Shown here: positions 38,264 through 43,632 of the stretch, in pieces
Position numbering within the stretch: the first letter of the stretch is position 1
Layout: the number at the start of each line of letters is the position of its first letter
Source of the DNA: Rhodospirillales bacterium
Lineage (GTDB): Bacteria > Pseudomonadota > Alphaproteobacteria > Rhodospirillales > JABHCV01
Reading direction: 5' to 3'
DNA length: 43,632 bases
Assembly (NCBI GenBank): GCA_016776705.1
Contig: JADHSW010000001.1
Coordinates: 1-43,632 of the forward strand
The notes under the pieces: model-generated
Told to the model about the DNA's origin: nothing
The model's database searches: none
The model's input: the letters and a program-made list of their open reading frames with translations, nothing else
Made by a program: the position numbers and the translations under genes

Positions 38264-39457
38264 TCAAAGTTTAAAAGGCTCTAAAAGCTTGACTATTAAT
38301 GCATTTGGAGGGCTGACATGATAAATTCCACCATCAGTCCAATTTGTTTCAGCGCCACGAATACCTATGTTTTCTCGAACCATCTCAACGAGCCTGTCGT
38401 GTTCAATCAGATACCAATCCCCATCCCCATCCCCAATAGGGAAAGTCATATAGATTTCTTTGCCTATATAATGTTGAGAAACAGTAAGTCGGCTCTTTAG
38501 CTGCACCTTGAGCGTTTCATTTCCTTGATAATGATATGCTAGGAAATCCGCGCCATTCCAATCATCTGCCAGCTTAATGCAATTAAATCCATATTCAGCA
38601 AGTTTGCCAGCCACGGTTTGGAAGTTATAGATTTCTTTCTGTTTGCTGTTTAAGTCGTTGTATTCGACTTTTTTGAGGTCTACAGCCTGTTGCTCTCCGT
38701 GGTTGATAACCAGAACTTCGATATTCAATTCTTTAGCCATCACTTCGAGCTGAAAAAGAATTTCCGTACTTTCTCCAGAGCCCTCAGACGAAATTGACGT
38801 TACGCGTTCTAAGTCGTCAATGATAATAAGGTGAACATCTTGAGTTCGCAGCATCATCCGAGAAAGTCTTTTAATGCTAGGGATCGTTACTTCATCATCT
38901 TGATGGAAATAAATGGGGAGTGTTTCTGCGAAAATGGAGCCTGTGGCATCCGAATTCAAATCGCTTGTCCATAATTGTTTGCTATTCTGTTCTTCAATCG
39001 CGCTCTGGACAGCTTTCAGTGGATGTTCAGGAGATTTTCCTAAAGCAAAATAAAGAACAGGTGTTCCCTGTTCCCCTTGGCTAACTTGAAATCGACAAGC
39101 TAAACCAAAAGCGATAAAGCCAGCAGTATGTGAAGCTTGGTAATTATCTGATCCTTGTAATTGGGAGACCGAGAGTGGTTTTAAATCGCGAAAAGGGTCT
39201 CCGGCAAAGATAGGTTTCGGCGCTTCAGTTAATACGAACTCATCAACTAGTTCACCATAACGCTTAACCTGACTGGTCCCTGTAAGCTCAGCCCCAAAAT
39301 CATAAAGGTTTTGCTCTAGCTGTTCGATGACTTTTATGGCGCTTGCTTTATCATCCCCCCTAAGCTGACCCTTAAGATCAAGAAGGTTTTGCTCCAAGTG
39401 ATCTATGAGCTTTATCAGGCTTGCAGTTTCCATATTGAGCGACCGCTTTCTCTTCAT
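38264..39457 (-). CDS. degenerate DnaB-helicase-like domain fused to a PD-(D/E)XK nuclease
   Basis: DnaB-like IEQLEQNLYD, PVLYFAL, LPIYF, LIIIDDL, L..MAKELNI.VL with no Walker A; C-terminal DDWNGADF...KVQLKSR nuclease motif. Confidence 0.72.
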   Translation of the reverse strand: MKRKRSLNMETASLIKLIDHLEQNLLDLKGQLRGDDKASAIKVIEQLEQNLYDFGAELTGTSQVKRYGELVDEFVLTEAPKPIFAGDPFRDLKPLSVSQLQGSDNYQASHTAGFIAFGLACRFQVSQGEQGTPVLYFALGKSPEHPLKAVQSAIEEQNSKQLWTSDLNSDATGSIFAETLPIYFHQDDEVTIPSIKRLSRMMLRTQDVHLIIIDDLERVTSISSEGSGESTEILFQLEVMAKELNIEVLVINHGEQQAVDLKKVEYNDLNSKQKEIYNFQTVAGKLAEYGFNCIKLADDWNGADFLAYHYQGNETLKVQLKSRLTVSQHYIGKEIYMTFPIGDGDGDWYLIEHDRLVEMVRENIGIRGAETNWTDGGIYHVSPPNALIVKLLEPFKL

Positions 39458-39515
39458 GGCTAATCCGTCAACGATACTAACCCGGCATTGTTACGCTTGA
39501 TAGCACCATCCCCTT

Positions 39516-39550
39516 AAAAAAAAGGCTTGCATACCGATGTAATACAAGCC
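39516..39550 (-). terminator. Rho-independent terminator
   Basis: Minus strand GGCTTGTAT-N9-ATGCAAGCC (one G-U pair) followed by 8 T. Confidence 0.7.
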
Positions 39551-39705
39551 GTTTTCAACGAGAGAGAAACATGAAGAAGTCAGTTCTCACTTGTGCCATT
39601 TCTAGCCTGTCTGAACTACTGTGGTAAAACCGCAGTAACCCAGCCCCAAACAAGTTTTCAAAGGACAAATAATATCAGGCGTTGAACAAGCAATTAATGC
39701 AGAAA

Positions 39706-40368
39706 CTAACTTCCATCTTCTCTGAATAGAGCGGGTACTTGTATGGGGCAGTCCTCCTTTATGAATTTGTTAGACTTGCCATCTGCGCGTTTATAGTCAG
39801 AGGTCATTGGAACAAGAAGTGTGGTGTGAATTTTATTATCTTCTGTAGAGCTAGTTTTTATCCATGTCCCCGAATAATTTCTTAGTTCTGAGAACCAAGT
39901 CTTTAGGTTTTGGTTCCTTGCCAAGATAAGTACGTGGTTTCGTTTCCCGTCACGGCCCCAATCTTGTTCTACGGTCAATTCTGCAGTGATATTATCTATC
40001 TTTCTAACGCTACAAGTTAGATTAGAAGTGCTAATCCCCTCCTGAGAGGTGCTTATGCTAAGTCCAAAATCAACACCATCACAAGCATAGTTAGAAACAA
40101 TTGTGGTGGTAATTGAACATTCGACCTCACCCTCACTAAAACGGTCTGAACCGTGGGCAAAATCCAAAATTTGAAACCTGCTTTCGTCAAACTTTCCGTC
40201 AGTTTTCTCTCTTACCCCAATTTCTGCGCTGTAGAATAGTGGGGTTTGGCTAGTGTTACCTGCCTCAGCTAATTCGCTGCTCATAGAAAACAAAACAAGA
40301 CCCGCCAGTCGAAGAACCAGTTCTCCATGCAATTTCACAAATCTCTCCCCTAAAACATCCGGCCACAT
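39706..40368 (-). CDS. hypothetical protein, probably exported
   Basis: 220-aa ORF with signal-peptide-like LVLRLAGLVLFSMSSELAEA, 4 Cys, beta-rich; the true start may be downstream. Confidence 0.65.
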   Translation of the reverse strand: MWPDVLGERFVKLHGELVLRLAGLVLFSMSSELAEAGNTSQTPLFYSAEIGVREKTDGKFDESRFQILDFAHGSDRFSEGEVECSITTTIVSNYACDGVDFGLSISTSQEGISTSNLTCSVRKIDNITAELTVEQDWGRDGKRNHVLILARNQNLKTWFSELRNYSGTWIKTSSTEDNKIHTTLLVPMTSDYKRADGKSNKFIKEDCPIQVPALFREDGS

Positions 40369-40611
40369 AACTCAGACCATAACAGCCCCAGTTATCGCGA
40401 CCAATTCCACCGTTCGATAGTCAGACGGAAACAAGTACCTGCATCTGTTTATCATCACAGACAGGCGACTACGCTAAAGTACGGATTGGATAGATATTGC
40501 TGTTAACACCACGAAACAGCATACATACACCGTCTGAAAGCATCAAGATAACAGATTGACTGGATTGGTGACTGACGCACCAACACTAACTTAATCCTTG
40601 CCTGAGCATTT

Positions 40612-40718
40612 TGGTGGACTGGATGGTGGACGGAACTTTTAAATACAGCTAACTATTTGTTTTTTAGAAAAATATGGCGACCCTGGCAGGACTCGAACCT
40701 GCTACCTCAAGATTAGAA
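40612..40718 (-). mobile_element. att-like site: 44-bp tRNA-Arg(TCT) 3' fragment with arm-type repeats and IHF-like site
   Basis: 40675-40718 minus strand TTCTAATCTTGAGGTAGCAGGTTCGAGTCCTGCCAGGGTCGCCA (anticodon loop to CCA, no D-arm); TGGTGGAC repeats at 40612 and 40624; TAACTATTTGTTT at 40650-40662. Confidence 0.8.
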
Positions 40719-40719
40719 A

Positions 40720-41109
40720 TCATGAAAGGTCAATAAAGACGCTTAATTCATCTTGCTTGAATGAAATTACATTTTTCTCATCCTTACCGTGACCAGATCG
40801 ATCTAGAATCCCCAAATTTGCATCCAGACGCACTCTTTCAGACTTTGCCCCCTCAGCCAGCTTAGCGACGTTTGCCAAGGCTCTAGGAGCCAACAGAGAC
40901 TTCATCTTTTGCACCCGCTTATCGACTTCTTTCAGAAAGTGATCTTTCTGGCAAAGGCGACAGACGTATTCTCTAGACACTCCAACGAAATGAGCAGCCT
41001 CAGTCTGGTTCATACCTGTGACCAATGCTTGGAGGATTTCCTCCTGTTTTGTGGTCAGGCTGGAATCAGCCTTGGAAACTGTAGGAGTGACTTCTTGTTT
41101 GCGTTTCAT
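40720..41109 (-). CDS. phage-type helix-turn-helix protein, terminase small subunit-like
   Basis: LT.KQ..IL..L..G.NQTEAA..VGVSR HTH followed by AL..V.KL...AKSE.VRL.A...ILDR.G, a pattern typical of small-terminase-like proteins. Confidence 0.65.
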   Translation of the reverse strand: MKRKQEVTPTVSKADSSLTTKQEEILQALVTGMNQTEAAHFVGVSREYVCRLCQKDHFLKEVDKRVQKMKSLLAPRALANVAKLAEGAKSERVRLDANLGILDRSGHGKDEKNVISFKQDELSVFIDLS

Positions 41110-41203
41110 CTATGAATCATGAATCTTTGGAATCGTAATTGCAACGAAAAATCATTGTGTTTAGTCGAGTTGCTGCCAAACTCGGCACAGTATTTTCATT
41201 TAG

Positions 41204-42886
41204 GTGATTCAAGGTGGATTTTTGAAAAAACTGCAATGGACATGGCTATCTCAAATGGGCAATTGGAAAAAAATATTTTCAAGACGCCAAAATTGGCACC
41301 GGTTTTTAAACAAACTTCAAGTCGTTGTTGAGCCAAGGTTTCTTCACGAACTTATAATACCCCAAGATATTATCAGCATAGCAGACAAGATAAATTTGAC
41401 AGAAGGCCAAGAAACTAAGGTTTTCCGATTTATTATTGCCGCTTCTGTTTTCAATGGAATTCTCGTTGGCCTACCCGGCACTCTCGGATGGGGAGTTGTT
41501 GCAGCATATGCAGTGGAAGTTCTTATGGCACTTCAAATAGCTAGGATGGTCGGGTTAATTGAATCAGCCGCGATTTTTCAAATTCCTAAAATTTTAAAGC
41601 TGATCGCTGCAACAGGAATAGCCACTTTCACAATTGCCATATTGTTCAAGGCGGTATTGCACCTTGTTTTCAACATTATGTCTAACATAGCACCAGTTGG
41701 TTGGGCTGCTGGTACTGCCGCAATATTTACTACACTATTTTATGGGTTGTTTATTTACCTCGCGTTCTTGGAAATAAAAAATTTCGGAAGAGAGAAAAAA
41801 CTTTCCCTTCGGTCAATGATGCGCATCTCAGGCCATGCCTTCAAATATACTCGGGAGATTGGCAAGAGCATAACCAAGCTAATTTTCAAAGATGCTCCAA
41901 GGCTATTCAATGATGTGCGTAAGAATGTAACCGATGCATGGAATGGCGTAATTAATGTCCAAGGAAGAATAAAGGGTGAGATATTTCTTGCGGGTTGTTT
42001 GGCTTATCTTCTTCAAGGCAATTACAAAGGCTTAGAAGGCCCATTTGCCCAACTCTGGATAGAGTCTTGGAGATTGGCATTTCCTAATAAATTGACACCT
42101 GACGCAGGGCTTGAAGAAATCAAGGCTCTAGCGGAAAGTTATGATGGTGATGCTTTCGTTAAGATTCAGCAAAATGTTAATTCAAAATTTTATGAAGTTT
42201 TGGAGGCTACCCATGAAAATATTGATGGTGACGATTGGTCTGCAGATTTACTCGAAGGTCAAAATCACCCTGTTAGTGATGCAATTTTTTACAATTCTGA
42301 AACAGGCAGAGCCTACGAGATAAATTACAAATTTACTGAGAACAAATACTACATAGAAAGCCACATTCAAAATCATCCAGATGTGCCTGTAGTCGCTCCG
42401 CCAGAGATTGCAGAAAAAATGAATAACCCCCTCGTTATCAGCGGCAAATATGAACATGGTGAAGTTCTAGATATTTCAGAAAACAATTTTGATGAATTGC
42501 TTGAAAATTCTTATGACCTATATCTAGAAGCTGGAGCCGCTGCTGCCGGAATGACTGCTCTAGCAATCAGTATGCTCCCATTTCTTTCCGCATATAAGCG
42601 AGGCAAGATTACACGCGAACAAATCTCAAAGGCTTTGAGTAAATTTGTTCCAAAAATAGCTGGCAGAACATTAAACAGAATTTTGATGCTAACCTTGCTA
42701 GGTCCAGTCTACGGAATGTTTTTGGTCGCAGGGATTGGATTTAAGTCCACTATTATTGATGATGTTGGGATGGGAGAGCCTCTGCCAGATCCATCTTCAA
42801 CTCCCGAGCCACCTGTAGAGCCAAAAACTAAGAAGCAGTTTTCCCGACGTTCAATTATAACACTTTCATTTCGTGAAGAATTTTGA
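41204..42886 (+). CDS. multi-pass membrane protein with a central PD-(D/E)XK-like segment
   Basis: 560-aa ORF; hydrophobic N-terminal block (DUF697/EcsC-like), central KFYE...NHPVSD...YEINYK...YI..H...HPD, C-terminal hydrophobic helices; start uncertain. Confidence 0.7.
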   Translation: MIQGGFLKKLQWTWLSQMGNWKKIFSRRQNWHRFLNKLQVVVEPRFLHELIIPQDIISIADKINLTEGQETKVFRFIIAASVFNGILVGLPGTLGWGVVAAYAVEVLMALQIARMVGLIESAAIFQIPKILKLIAATGIATFTIAILFKAVLHLVFNIMSNIAPVGWAAGTAAIFTTLFYGLFIYLAFLEIKNFGREKKLSLRSMMRISGHAFKYTREIGKSITKLIFKDAPRLFNDVRKNVTDAWNGVINVQGRIKGEIFLAGCLAYLLQGNYKGLEGPFAQLWIESWRLAFPNKLTPDAGLEEIKALAESYDGDAFVKIQQNVNSKFYEVLEATHENIDGDDWSADLLEGQNHPVSDAIFYNSETGRAYEINYKFTENKYYIESHIQNHPDVPVVAPPEIAEKMNNPLVISGKYEHGEVLDISENNFDELLENSYDLYLEAGAAAAGMTALAISMLPFLSAYKRGKITREQISKALSKFVPKIAGRTLNRILMLTLLGPVYGMFLVAGIGFKSTIIDDVGMGEPLPDPSSTPEPPVEPKTKKQFSRRSIITLSFREEF

Positions 42887-43068
42887 GTTGAAAATCTAGC
42901 TTTATCAGCTCGGACTTTTTCAAGGTAAAAATCCAATTTCACATCACCTATCCTAAACCATGTCTTTACCCAACGAGGTGGAGAATGCCTCCTCAATCAA
43001 TTCAATCGAACTGTCTTGTTCGTATTTTTCTTTGAACTCTCCACGCTTATTCTCGAAGAATTTGGATT

Positions 43069-43632
43069 ATAAATAGGTATGGGATAGACATATTTGGCGA
43101 TCTGACAGGGACAAAATGTTGGAAGGGATTACAACAAGGGCAATCAGGGCCTTGTAGTTTTTGCACTAACGACAGATTAGTCGATTCCAGTGGCAACCCC
43201 ACGGGAGTTTATGTGTGGGAATTTAAGAATACTACAAATAACAACTGGTATGAGTGCCGGGATCAAGCCGTTAAATGGATAGACGGGAGACTTGTGCGCA
43301 TAGAATTTGCAACAGATATCACTGCGCGAAAATTGATGGAAGATGAAATACGCCACCTAGCTCTTACCGATCCCTTAACAGGAGTGGCTAATCGCAACCA
43401 GTTTCATCAAAAATTCAATGACGCAATCAAAATAGCTAATCGTCAAGAAAGCATAACTGGTCTTCTCATGCTGGACCTTGATGGTTTCAAATCTATCAAC
43501 GATAACTATGGTCATCCGACAGGGGATGCATTACTTAATTGGGTAGCTGTCTCTTTACAAGAAATCTCACGTGAAACTGACAACATCGCCCGTCTTGGCG
43601 GTGATGAATTTGCAGTCATTGTTGTCAATCCT
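43069..43632 (+). pseudogene. PAS-GGDEF diguanylate cyclase, apparently 5'-truncated and running off the right edge
   Basis: Frame 1: INRYG..IFGD..G.KCW..LQ.GQSGPC.FC (PAS), DIT.RK, TDPLTG..NR, DLDGFK.IND.YGH..GD, RETD I-site, RLGGDEF; in-frame TGA at 43033 and no start codon before the PAS segment. Confidence 0.8.

Noticed and set aside
38415-38436. Short tandem repeat CCCCAT
   Set aside because: Only encodes an in-frame GDGDGD loop; too short to indicate phase variation.
38264-39457. Functional replicative helicase dnaB
   Set aside because: Walker A, the catalytic Glu and the C-terminal motifs are absent; reported instead as a degenerate fusion.
40675-40750. Full-length tRNA-Arg gene
   Set aside because: Only the anticodon loop to CCA is present. 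The sequence further 5' is the end of a CDS with no D-arm or acceptor 5' strand, so it is treated as an att fragment.
42838-42870. Tat-like motif FSRRSII in the 560-aa protein
   Set aside because: It lies at the extreme C-terminus, where it cannot act as a Tat signal.
1-43632. CRISPR array, rRNA, riboswitch or integrase gene
   Set aside because: I saw no regularly spaced 23-47 bp repeats, rRNA-like sequence, recognisable riboswitch or tyrosine/serine recombinase motifs by eye; a covariance-model search was not possible.

Overview
Alphaproteobacterial chromosome segment, probably Rhodospirillales-like (inferred from the DivK-like regulator, the FecR-adhesin/T1SS gene set and gene style). About 1-35.3 kb is GC-rich core or metabolic DNA. 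It holds the 5' end of a FecR-domain secreted protein, MmgE/PrpD, a receiver-PP2C phosphatase, ugpQ, a DMT transporter, a sir-cysH-cysC operon, a type I secretion system whose TolC-like gene has a 1-nt frameshift, and a divK-like regulator. It also holds a ~20 kb quaternary-amine catabolic region: a gamma-butyrobetaine/carnitine CoA-dependent operon with a GlxA/CdhR-type regulator, a non-pyrrolysine MttB, an enolase-superfamily enzyme, a HIBADH-family dehydrogenase, LysR, a DmdA-like GcvT demethylase and a Tat-exported peptide-type ABC transporter. From ~35.5 kb the DNA is a more AT-rich mosaic island. It starts at a 17-bp tRNA-Glu 3'-end fragment and contains an IS256 stub fused to a foreign ORF and a 44-bp tRNA-Arg(TCT) 3' fragment with arm-like repeats and an IHF-like site. 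The island encodes unusual nuclease fusions, which are the best candidates for an undescribed (possibly anti-phage) system: a degenerate DnaB-helicase fold fused to a PD-(D/E)XK nuclease, followed by a cytoplasmic WYL-like/thermonuclease fusion and a second thermonuclease. All domain calls were made by eye from motifs; no searches were run.
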